DNA of 64,000 nt from Bugula neritina (taxonomy: Eukaryota > Animalia > Bryozoa). The notes under the pieces were generated by a model. It was not told the DNA's origin and did no database searches. It saw only the letters and a program-made list of their open reading frames with translations. Of the stretch, positions 52,801 to 64,000 are shown piece by piece (the stretch's first letter is position 1; each line of letters starts with the position of its first letter). The stretch lies in NCBI GenBank assembly GCA_964035545.1, contig OZ037769.1:7731929-7795928 (forward strand). Reading direction: 5' to 3'. Both the position numbers and the translations under genes were made by a program.

Positions 52801-54216
52801 ATGCACATGGCTGCTGAAGTTGGGTCCCTAAACTCCTTACCAATTCTTCAAAATTACATAACAACAGAGGCAATGAGTGGCATTGTCAACTCACCTGACT
52901 GTAATGGCACGAGACCTCTCCACCTGGCCTCCAAGGTAAGGTACAGAGTGTTCATGTCGGGACTGCAGAATTAAGATGCCTCCTTTAATTGGTTATACTG
53001 TGTGAACTGTTGTTTTGTGCTATGTGATGCGGTGTCCTGTAATATTGGCACATTTTCAAAATTAGGGTTTAAGATGGGCGGTTTAGGTTTGGGAAAATTA
53101 GAGTGCCATTTTTACCTCCTTTTTATTTGTGCCATTTTTATCTGATATTGATTTCAAAATTAAATCCAGCCAACAGCTTCATCTTCCTGATGCAGTATGA
53201 ACATAATTTGTGTGAGCAAATGGCCAACACAGGGCTATGCTGGGTAGTTGCTGTTTTATATAACAATCATTTGTTGTTTTCAAGAAGGTAATCAACTTAG
53301 GTATAGCTACCAGCGGTCAGGAAAATATGTAATTCTGGCTTTTTGGTGCACATAAATATGGTTCCGAATTTAAAATAGTAGCAGGACCAATGAACAATGA
53401 TGTCTCAATAATTAGCGTGTTATATTCTTTATACTTCACTACTTTCAAGTGGGAAATATGAAACATGTCATAGAGACACAATAAGATAGTTTTGATAGTA
53501 TTCCTTTAGGAAGGACATTCAGACATGTTGATGAGTCTTATGAGCATTGGTGCTGATCCCCATCTTCAGGATGCCAATGGACGGAATGGTAAGCTAAACA
53601 AATTTTTAATTATTTCTTAATTTCATGCATTTAGTTGTTGTGTAACTGTACCAGAGAGATAACCCTGGCTGTTCACAGAAATTGGGTTGCTCTTGTAAAA
53701 TGTTAGCTATTGTATTCTTGCTATTCAGCTTGTCGGCTATAAAATGCAAAAGCTATAGTTTACAGTGCAACAAACTTCTTGTTCATATTAGTTCTTTTTG
53801 CCAGGAACATAGGTCTATAAGAGAATTGATATTTGTATGTATTATTACCATTGACAAAGTTTTTCTGTGTTAATATTATTGTATAGTTGAAAATTATTTA
53901 TACATTTGCTTGCAATTATTTTTTCTTTTAGTGTACAAGTCAAAAAATTGAATTTAAAAGTAATGAATATATTATACTTGTTGTCACAACAACTCCCTCC
54001 CCCGCTATTTGCCAACTAAGAATTGATGTAGCTGATTATTGAATCTATTTTTATGCTGTAAACTGTATAATGGAATGATTTCAATGCTATTTTTTAGTCT
54101 ATTTCAATTTTGTCTGATGTTTTGTAGCCTTAGATGTTGCAAAACTATTCAAGCAAGAAAAGTGTGTGGAGCTGCTACATGAGCATTCGGAGAACCGAAA
54201 GGTGGCAAATGGTTGA
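49830..54216 (+). CDS. ANKRD16: Ankyrin repeat domain-containing protein 16, 7 coding exons
   Basis: Exons 49830-50143, 50636-50758, 51526-51623, 52508-52621, 52724-52935, 53510-53588, 54128-54216 in phase; diagnostic CLKAADWTPLMMAC, NKDGWNTFHIATR, WDTSSKNGRTPLHTAAIHG, KDSCGSTPLMDA. Confidence 0.9.
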
Positions 54217-54499
54217 GGTATATTAGTTCAAACTAGAATGTAGCAAATCTAAGTTATATCAATAAGCCTTATATAGAAAAAAGTTTATTTTATATAATTA
54301 TTTAGCTCAACTTAATTACACAAGTGTGTTTGTTTGTAAAATAATTATTTACCACTATTATTATGGCGAGGTTGTTTTAAATTTATATTATCACAGTATG
54401 TAAAGTGAAAATCATAATTTAATGCAATTATTTAGTAAAAGTTGCCAGCTGTCTTATGGGTTGATCAAGTATATGAAATTTCTATGACTACACTTTGTT

Positions 54500-56300
54500 A
54501 AATGTTGAAGTCCCAAAGATTTTGGTGTTGGTGCTTGTCAGCCACCTCCTATTGAGTTTGGTGGGAAATATCAAGCAATTTATTTTCAACGTTGACCCAG
54601 TTATTTTTGCCCCATCACCAGGATGGGCTGAATCTATCATATGTATTCTTCAAGTATATATAATATTACTATTTGGTTATCTTTTTAAATATTTTAGGCA
54701 ATGGTGAGTTTGTAATTAAGTTCAAGCGGGTTGTTATTTTTTCCATTCTACAGCTTGCTGATACTCGCTTGATTTCAGGCAGCAGTCTGTCCATCTTATA
54801 AAGTGCACCAGAAGATTTAATAAAGTTTATTAATTTGAGAATGTTTTTTTCTTTTTGGTGTGTATTTTGACTGGGAAGAATTCTGCAGTTGTTACAGCAA
54901 ACTTCCCCTTTATTTACACTTTATAAGTAGGAACATTCTCCGAATCCTTCAAGTTAACATAGCAAAAGTGATGAAGCTCTGTTTTAATGATGTTTCCGAA
55001 TGGCGGCTTTAATACATCTGGGTATGGTAATTTATCTATCTAGCTGTTGTTTCCATCTGTTCCAGCAGTATTCAAGATGTGCATCTATTTTTCCATCCCG
55101 ATATAGACCCGACTTCATTGCTTTCTGCAGTAGGTTTTTGTCTTCTTAGGTGAAGAGGGTTAGGAACCCTCTCAGCTCATAGAGTTGAGAGACTACAGAC
55201 AATAGTCCTCTTTTGGTAGCTGACTTTGGTGTCCTCGTGTTGCTGAACTTGAATGAGTCTTACTCAACAGACCAAATAACACCAAATGTTTTCTGTGCTG
55301 GCAGGTGTTGCCATTTATAAATCTTTCAATCTATGGCACAGCTTATAGAACTTTACTGCTTGAGGTGGATTTCCTTAAGCACACATTTCTTGCGTTTGAT
55401 ATGTTAGTTCCATTGCATTTTTTGGGGTTGACGTGTTTGGTGGCCCACCTTCAACATGAAAGTTGTTTTCTGTGAAGGATGCTGCATTTGGTGAGAGTCT
55501 TGTGTATTCAGAGGCGAGTTTACGTGGACCATGTGTAACCACACCAGGGGGTGATGTGGCTCTAAGAAGGTTTTTGGTCATTTTTTATTCTTTCATTTGA
55601 TTTCCCTCAGTTCAGAGAAATCCTAGGTAGTCCCTATATTTAGCCTTCACAATAAAATTGTAAAACATCTGCCCTACATCGAAAGCTATCTTGTCACTAT
55701 GTAGCATCTGTTGGTCATCCTCCGTTTAATGTGAAATGCTCTCGTCCCACAGTTTGCCTCTGTCTTTGCCCTTTTTTTATCCTCCCATTCCCATTTTTCA
55801 AAGTATATTGGTCTAAATCATAGTGTATAAACTAATAAATACACTCAATATTAATCAATAGACCAAAATATTTAGTCCATTTCGAGATCATTATATTCTC
55901 TCTATTTGGTAAAATTTAAATGCGTTACTTGGCTTTTGTCTACTATAGTTTTGATGGCTTCTATATGGTTTGTCTTAATATTTTAAGACTTCATTACTAA
56001 TGCCTGTGTCACTTAGCAGTCCTTTAATGCTTAAATACGTAGCCTCTATAATAGGTGGAGATACCACTTGGGCAGAAGGTATTAGCGAAATGTTGCACAC
56101 GAATCTTTTGTTGGAAAGGATGACTTCCAGCACTAGGCACATACTTTGCTGTCATCTGTCCCACAGGCATAGCAAGAAGCTGCAACCTCTCGATGGTTAG
56201 CTTTGGCGCTCTTACAGAAAGGAAATCTTCACTAGCATTATGCACTAACTTTAAGCATTTTTTATCAACATTAGAAACAGTTAAGCTAGAGTGCTCTAAA
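54500..56300 (-). mobile_element. Heavily decayed BEL/Pao LTR retrotransposon pol
   Basis: Broken frames DVGQMFYNF, RDYLGFL, AASFTENNFHVEGG (YVDD-like), FGVIWSVE.DSF, TKRGLLSVVSQLYE..GF, WNRWKQQL..ITIPRCI, ELHHF. Confidence 0.8.
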
Positions 56301-57314
56301 CTAGATAACTTTGTTTTGTGATTGCAAAATGATCAACAAAAGATGAATCATAAAAGTCTGTGCATTTTATTTAACATTTTAATTTTGAGCATAAGTTAAA
56401 AAAAGTATATCAAATTTACACATTTCACAATTCGTGTATAAATAGTTCTTCCAAGGGCCAGTGAGACGTTTCCCACAAAGATCGCAACCAACCAATTGCC
56501 GCTGGGTAAGGACCAGGCTTAAATCGAGCTTAATTTGATTTCTATATGTAGAAATTTGATTACAATCTTATCCAAGTAATTAACTCAAATTTTATCTTAA
56601 CAAAACATTGACAGCTTACGAAAACAGCACATGAAGTCGATTTCCAACATGTCTTGGCAACAACATTTTATCAAGTTTTTAGTTCGAAGAAAGTTTTTAA
56701 AGTCAATTGATTCATCACTATTATCTTCATTTCTCAAATTATGTAAGTTCCATCTTACCTTGACAATAGCTGGCTGAGACCTTGGCTAAGTTGTAGACTA
56801 CTTTCTAGTTCTGTACAAATCTATAAGTCTGCTAGTCTGCTTCAGTTCCTCAGCTAAAGTTGCAACATCCGAAATAGAATTTCTAAAAGATGTATTTTTT
56901 TTCGTCTGCATGCAAGGAATTTGCGGGTGTGGTATCCTGAGCAATGTTCACACTTTTTGTATGAAACATAGGATCTACAGCCCAAAGTTTTGAAACCACA
57001 CCTATTTCACCAACCATTTTTTAGACACTACTCAAACGGCTCGAGAGTTTGCTTAAAAATTCCTTAGATATTGGAAAATATTACACAAGTCGACATGTTT
57101 ACTAGCACAAAGTAACTAGCTTTCTTTTTCTTCATCGGTAAGTTGACCGCCTTTTAGTTGATTGGTGGTTTTGTTGAGCTTTTCAACTATTCTTCTAAAG
57201 GAGGTATTTCGATTTCATGAAAACTCAGTTTGCGCCTCAACTCATTAATTTGCTGTTCAGCAATGCCTTGCTGTAATTGTATATTTTGTTTGAAAAGCTT
57301 TTTGCGTCCCCCCT

Positions 57315-57403
57315 CCCGGATGCCCTTCCTGACGCCAACCCTCTGCGTTTATCCGGGCTTGGGACCGGCTGAGGTGTGTGCTGGCTTGCATATCCCCAGG
57401 CCA
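57315..57403 (-). mobile_element. Fragment of RTE-type retroelement 5' UTR (Ceph-domain-like)
   Basis: Reverse strand reads CCGGTCCCAAGCCCGGATAAAC.CAGAGGGTTGGCGTCAGGAAGGGCATCCGG, a motif recognised from RTE elements and RTE-derived SINE bodies; absent from copy B. Confidence 0.65.
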
Positions 57404-57404
57404 C

Positions 57405-58232
57405 ATCACATTATTCCTAATAGCTGCTCCATAATGACCCCGAATTCTCTTTATACCAGCTTTATGCAACTTACCACTACCTCCTAGACCTTTATACTTT
57501 CGGCCTTCCCAATAAAACTCTTTACCTTACATTGCTGCACTTTATCTAATTTGCTTTTGCACATGACTTACGCATTCAAGTTTCTCAACAACATCTGGGT
57601 CATTGAGTTGGGCATTACTTACAGCATTATAAGACTTTGAGTCTCCATCCCCTTCTCTTTCTATCAGTGGATGTTCTGCCGCTGCTTGTACGCTAGACTT
57701 GTTCAGATGCATTTATGAAAACTGACAACTTGGCAAGTATAACTAAATCCAACATTTGTTTATCTAGAGAGGAATTGAGCTGCCTTTCCTGTTCAATGCG
57801 CTCACTGGGTATCCAAGCAGCACAAAATGTGGCACATGCGCAGCCAGAGAGCAGCATGCAGTTAGGTGGTTGTGCCGGTGTGCTGTCATCAAGTGATCCA
57901 GGGTGTGGTTAATGAGAAGGCCAGCATGCAGAGCTTGTAGTAGGAACCTTTCTACTAGGATTGCGATGGGAATGTGCTTGAGAATCATGATCATGATTAT
58001 CATTATTTTGATTTTCATCGTCATCGTGAAGGTCACTGGGAGTGTTGTAATCAAGCAAAAATCTATTGATCATATCTATCTTGCAGTTAGTAAACTCTTC
58101 CTCAGCCTCAGAAAGATCTGAGTCATCACTTGAGTAGCACTCTGCAACAGCATTGTCGTCCTCAAAGTAAAAATATTCATCAATATCAGAGCCATCATTT
58201 ATTACCAGTAATTTATTACTGTCAAACGCCAT
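57405..58232 (-). pseudogene. Chimeric transposase remnant, copy A
   Basis: Same acidic N-terminus + GC.C..C region + KLECVSHVQK / GKLHKAGIKRIRGHYGAAIRNN as copy B, truncated. Confidence 0.7.
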
Positions 58233-59439
58233 AACTGTATGTAGACTAATGCGTTTCCGGTATGGCGATGCGGGCCGTGAGGGTAAAAAGCCAAAGCTTT
58301 CAAGAGACCTGGGCTACTGGTGATCACGTGATGTTCCATAGTTACTAGTTATTCGGATTTACACATGTTTAGAGCTATGTGTCAGTCTCAATTACCCCAC
58401 CAATGGAAAGAACAGGTTTTATTTCCTAATTTTTTCTGCTTGTTCGAAAACGTTGAGAAGACAACTATTCAACTACGGGTCCGTTTTCACTCTATTGTGA
58501 ACAGTAGTAATCTGCCATGAAGTGCTTTTCTGAGCGCCGAGGTCACATTTAATGTACATGTTTATAAACTGAGTTGCTTAACATGGTTGCCTATACACTC
58601 AGAAAATCTTATCGATGCAAACCATAGCGTTATTTAGGATATTTTTATAAATCCTGCTGTGTTCAAATCTTTTTGTTTCATGAATACTTTCCCTCCTTTA
58701 CATATCTTGCTGTTTTTAAACCTTTTAGTTGGTGAAGTGGTGGTTGAATCATTAGGGGTTGGTGAGGTTATGTTGCAAACAGTAATTTTCCACTTTTAAT
58801 AACTCATTTACTTAAAAACAAATAAATGAAAGATGGAAAGTTATTTGATCATATAAATGCAGCCCCTGTATACAGCTTTCATCGTTTAACCATTTTATCT
58901 ATTGTCGGTTTGTCATAGGTGATACTTGATTTGAAATAACCAAGCTTAACATAACCATATACTTGTAGGAAGTTGAAAAAAAAATGAAAATCAAAAATGT
59001 ATAGTCAAGTGTACAACAGCTGCAAAACCTGTACAAAACTAGTGCAATGTGAAATTATGTGATTACATTCTGCAACACTGCTTAAAAATTTATAGAAGTA
59101 AAACACAGTTTTTTAAAGATGCATCATCTACTTCATGGCATCTGTTGCAAATCTAATTGTGGTCGCTTTCGTGACAGCTGTTGTTAGTGGCAGTGGTAGT
59201 TTTCCTGCCTTCAGCGTGAAGGTTACTGATCCAAACCCTGTTCCGTGAACATAAGCCACCTGTTATGAGATAATGCACTCAAGTATCATCTTTCAATGTA
59301 ATGTTTTGTTAAATAAATTCTGAATGCCCTATTTATAAATCATGATTATAACACAACAAAGGGCTTTCCCCTGTAATAATGACATTTAATGTGCAAGTGA
59401 ATTATTTGACCTGGTTGCCTATTATTGGAAAAAATATTT

Positions 59440-59770
59440 TGTTGTAGGAAAACTTTGAAAAGTGCCCTAATCTGCTAGAAATACCTATTTGTGCTGACAA
59501 ATCTTTAACTGTACTCAAAAGTGCTTAAATGTGCTCATTTGGGCTGAAACGTGTTTAAATGTGCTCAAAACTGCTGAAAAGTGCCTAAATGTGTTGAAAG
59601 GTGCCCTAATCTGCTAGAAACACTTATTTGTGCTGACAAATCTTTATCTAACTGTACTCAAAAGTGCCAAAATATAAAAAGAAGGGCTTGAATGTGCTAC
59701 ATTAAATGTGCTACATTTAAGATCAAACAAGTTTAAATATGCCCTAATATGCTCAAAACTGCTGAAATGT
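59440..59770. repeat. Degenerate short-period tandem repeat (AAA.GTGCT/CC units)
   Basis: Repeated AAAGTGCCCTAATCTGCTAGAAA, AAATGTGCTC. Confidence 0.65.
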
Positions 59771-59782
59771 AAATATAAATAT

Positions 59783-62700
59783 GTGACCCAGGCTGTCAGC
59801 AAGGCACTTTGTGACAAAATTCACATTTTTAGTTGATGCTTGGTTCTTATTTGCCTCTTTATAGTGGTCGATTTGCAGTTTAAAATTTTGAAATCGAACC
59901 ACTATTAGCGAGTCTACAGCAATTTTTGTGTAGCAATTATCCAATATCACCGGAAGTACAGCAACTGAAAAAAAAAACATTTTTATTTCAAGTGAGCGCA
60001 TTTTTCAGTGTTAACATGTTCAAGCTCCTTAGCAACGAGCATTTAGAGAGCTTCAAACAGGGTAAAAATTTACTTACCTATCATGTAGGACGTGCCGAAT
60101 CCAGTGGCGCCATTTCTGAAACAGACTTTTGATGACCTTTGACCTCGAAAGGCCGAGTGAAAGTCACGGCGATTTTTCAAAACATGAATGTTGATCATGT
60201 CATGTTATGAAAGCATTTTAGTGTACTCTATCATTATTCAACCACTATCAAATTTACACATTTCAAAACTTTTGTATAAACAGTTCCTCCAAGGGACAGT
60301 GGGACGTTTCCCACAAAGATCGCCTCCAACCAATTGCCGCTGGGTAAGGACCAGGATTGAATCAAGCTTAATTTGATTTCTATATGTAGAATTTTGATTA
60401 CAACTCTTATCCAGGTGATTAACTCAAATTTAATCTCAACAAATTATTGCCAGCTTACGAAAACAGCTCATGAAATCGATTTCCAACATGTCTTGGCAAC
60501 AACATTTTATCAATTTTTTAGTTCGAAGAAAGTTTTTAAAGTCAATTGATTCATCACTATTATCTTCATTTCTCAAATTATGTAAGTTCCATCTTACCTT
60601 GACAATAGCTGGCTGAGACCTTGGCTAAGTTGTAGACTACTTTCTAGTTCTGTACAAACCTCTGCGAATACTGCTGACAAGTGAATGGATGTTGCAGTTT
60701 AGGTCAAGGATTTCTTGTCCGAAATCATTTTCAAGAGCAGCTCAAATAGAGTGGTTTATCACTGCTCAGTTGCCTAAAGTCGATACTTTGTTTCATTTTA
60801 GGGTCGCCAAGACTGTATCATAGCTCTTCGAGTTGTGCTTCGCATATAAGTCTGCTAGTCTGCTTCAGTTCCCCAGTTAAAGTTGCAACATCCGAAATAG
60901 AATTTCTAAAAGATGTATTTTATTTTTTCATTTGCATGCAAGGAATTTGCTAGTGTGGTATCCTGAGCAATGTTTACACTTTTTGTATGAAACATAGCAT
61001 CTACAGCCGAAAGTTTTGAAACCACACCTAATTCACCAATATTGGATATTGGAAAATATTACACAACTTGCCATGTTTACTGGCACAAAAGTAACTAGCT
61101 TTCCTTTTTTTTCATCAGTATGTTGACCGCCTTTTAGTTGATTGGTGGTTTTGTTGAGCTTTTCAACTTTTCTTTTAAATGAGCTATTTCGATTTCATGA
61201 AAACTCAGTTTGCGTCTCAACTCATCAATTTGTTGTTCAGCAATGCCTTGCTGTAATTGTATATTTTGTTTCAAAAGCTTTTTGCGTCCCCCCCCTCAAG
61301 TTATTTTTGTGAACTATCAACTTTTCTTGTTTGACAGGTTAGAAATTTTTGCAAGCTGTTTTTAGTTTTGCTCTTCAATAGGTGGCCCGTCTCTTGGAAG
61401 CCTTTATTCTCTGCAGATCTTTTTTGTGATTGTGCATTACCAACTGTTTCCCAATCGGTATTCCTAAAACATCATTAACAGCAGCAAGAGCAGTATCACC
61501 ATCATTAAATTGTAAGACAGCACAGTTGACAGCAAGTTCTAACCTGGGCGTCTGCACCAACTGCACTTCAGAGCAAAGTAACCAAATTATTCTATGAAAA
61601 TGTTTTGTACCCCCATGCAAGCATTTTGAAAGCAGAGAATCGGCTGTAAGAGTTTCAAAAACTGTTATTATCTCTTCTATTGCAAAGGGTGGAAGACTAT
61701 TCGAATTACCATCACCACTACCATTTACTGCCGGGCAAGAATTATCACATGAGCTATGATTCCTATTCCAATGATGCCATATTCTCCAAATGCTTGCTTT
61801 CATACTCCCTAGGTTTCCTGCATTATTCCTAATAGCTGCACCATGATGACCCTGAATTCTCTTTATAGCAGCTTTATGCAACTTACCACTACCTCCTATA
61901 CCTTTATATTTTCGGCCTTCCCAATAAAACTCTTTACCCTTATATTGCTGCACTTTATCTAATTTGCTTTTGCACATGATTTATGCATTCAAGTTTCTCA
62001 ACAACATCTGGGTCATAGAGTTGGGCATTAATTACAGTGCTATAAAGGCTTGGAGTCTCCATCCCCTTCTCTTTCTATCAGTGAATATTCTGCCGCTGCT
62101 TGTACGCTGGACTTGTTCAGATATATTTGTAAAAACTGACAACTTGGCAAGTATAACTAAATCCAACATTTGTTTATCTAGAGAGGAATTGAGCTGCCTT
62201 TCCTGTTCAATGCGCTCACTGGGTATCTAAGCAGCACAGAATGTGGCACATGTGCAGCCAGAGAGCAGCATGCAGTTAGGTGGTTGTGCCGGTGTGCTGT
62301 CATCAAGTGATCCAGGGTGTGGTTAATGAGAAGGCCAGCATGCAGAGCTTGTAGTAGGAACCTTTCTACTACGATTGCGATGGGAATGTGCTTGAGAATC
62401 ATGATCATGATTATCATTATTTTGATTTTCATCGTCATCGTGAAGGTCACTGGGAGTGTTGTAATCAAGCAAAAATCTATTGATTATATCTATCTCGCAG
62501 TTTGTAGACTCTTCCTCAGCCTCAGAAAGATATGAGTCATCACTTAGGTAGCACTCTGCAACAGCGTTGTCGTCCTCAAAGTAAAAATATTCATCAATAT
62601 CAGAGCCATCATTTATTTTCAGTAATTTATTTCTGTGAAACGACATAACTGTATGTAGACTAATGCGTTTCCGGTATGGCTATGCGGGCCGTGAGTGTAA

Positions 62701-62973
62701 AAAGCCAAAGCTTTCAAGAGACCTGGGCTACTGGTGATCACGTGATGTTCCATAGTTACTAGTTATTTGGATTTTTAACTGCAATTTACACATGTTTAGA
62801 GCCATGTGTCAGTCTCAATTACCCCACCAATAGAAAGAACAGGTTTTGTTTCCTAATTTTTTCTGCTTGTTCGAAAACGTTGAGAAGACAACTATTCAAC
62901 TACGGGTCCGTTTTCACTCTATTGTGAACAATAGTAATCTGCCATGAAGTGCTTTTCTGAGCGCCGAGGTCAC
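59783..62973 (-). mobile_element. Sola-like DNA transposon carrying decayed chimeric transposase
   Basis: TIRs GTGACCCAGGCTGTCAGCAAGGCACTT vs reverse complement GTGACCTCGGCGCTCAGAAAAGCACTT; flanks ATAT / ATTT; same GTGACC terminus as 43674 element. Confidence 0.7.
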
Positions 62974-64000
62974 ATTTAATGTGCATGTTTATAAACTGAG
63001 TTGCTTAACATGGTTGCCTATACACTCAGAAATCTTATCGATGCAAACCATAGCGTTATTTAGGATATTTTTATAAATCCTGCTGTGTTCAAATCTTTTT
63101 GTTTCATGAATACTTTCCCTCCTTTACATTTTTTCCCATATAAATAGTTTTTTCTGCTCCTTTTATATTATTTATATGTGTAAAATCAAGCATAGATGTT
63201 CCTAACAAAAAACATTGTTAGAAAAAAACAGATGTTAACATATATCAATTTATCATATTGATCATGATAAATCTAAAGTTATAACATTAAGTAGGATATT
63301 ATATATCTTGCTGTTTTCAAAACCTTTTAACTGGTGAAGTGGTGGTTGAATCATTAGGGGTTGGTGAGGTTATGTTGCCAACAGTAATTTTCACTGTTTC
63401 TTCCACTTTTAATAACTCATTTACTTAAAAACAAATAAATGAAAGATTGAAGGTTATTTGATCATATAAATGCAGCCCCTGTATACAGCTTTCATCATTC
63501 AACCATTTTATCTATTGTCGGTTTGTCATAGGTGATACTTGATTTGAAATAACCAAGCTTAACATAACCATACACTTGTAGGAAGTTGAAAAAAAATGAA
63601 AATAAAAAATGTATAGTTAAGTGTACAACAGCTGCAAAACCTGTACAAAACTAGTGCAATGTGAAATTGTGTGATTACATTCTGCAACACTGCTTGAAAA
63701 TTTATAGAAGTAAAACACAGTTTTTTGAAGATGCATCATCTACTTCATGATATCTGTTGCAAATCTAATTGTGGCCGCTTTCGTGACAGCTGTTGTTAGT
63801 GGCAGTGGTAGTTTTCCTGCCTTCAGCATGAAGGTTACTGATCCAAAGCCTGTTCCGTGAACATAAGCCGCCTGTTATGAGATAATGCACTCAAGTATCA
63901 TCTTTCAATGTAATGTTTTGTTAAATAAATTCTGAATGCCCTATTTATAAATCATGATTATAACACAACAAAGGGCTTTCCCCTGTAATAATGACATTTA
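60246..64000. repeat. Tandem duplication, copy B (runs off window)
   Basis: Matches 56407-59388. Confidence 0.95.
61375..62070 (-). pseudogene. Mutator-like / Kolobok-Hydra-type DDE transposase fragment, frameshifted
   Basis: GDGDSK, VVEKLECINHVQK, GIGGSGKL..AAIKRIQGHHGAAIRNN, LLSKCLHGGT, AVLQFNDG motifs. Confidence 0.8.

Larger units (their letters stand above)
56407..59388. repeat. Tandem duplication, copy A
   Basis: Near-identical to 60246-64000 apart from several indels. Confidence 0.95.

Noticed and set aside
9977-54216. Functional serine cluster (SHMT with ANKRD16, which counters Ser mischarging by AlaRS)
   Set aside because: 30 kb apart with unrelated genes between; nothing in the sequence supports co-regulation
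57715-58121. Plus-strand ORFs duplicated at 61964-62535
   Set aside because: Antisense shadows of the decayed transposase; apparent conservation is due to recent duplication

Overview
AT-rich, intron-rich animal (invertebrate-like) nuclear DNA. I reconstructed spliced genes by hand from GT-AG junctions and codon phase. They are: the 5' part of an SH3BP5/parcas homolog (-), a small two-exon orphan gene (-), mitochondrial-type SHMT (+, 11 exons), SLC35B1 (-, 6 exons), a rolling stone/AIG1-like membrane protein (+), a ~1,650-aa protein with 3 extended Tudor domains and a CCCH finger in a Krimper-like layout (-, 26 exons), and ANKRD16 (+, 7 exons). Introns and the right end carry many transposon relics: tRNA-SINEs with TSDs, a hAT MITE, Sola-like elements, mariner, a Gypsy LTR with PBS and gag, a CR1-like tail, BEL/Pao pol and a Kolobok/Mutator-like transposase. 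The last ~7.6 kb is a tandem duplication. The main unexplained patterns are: (1) a 3/6-bp-periodic (ANT)n/(TNA)n signature hugging gene 5' ends and even shaping N-terminal protein sequence; (2) the Krimper-like Tudor-CCCH-Tudor protein; (3) minisatellites grown out of splice sites, one creating in-frame alternative donors; (4) a block of TE relics all on one strand downstream of ANKRD16. All family assignments are from motif recognition by eye; no searches were run.
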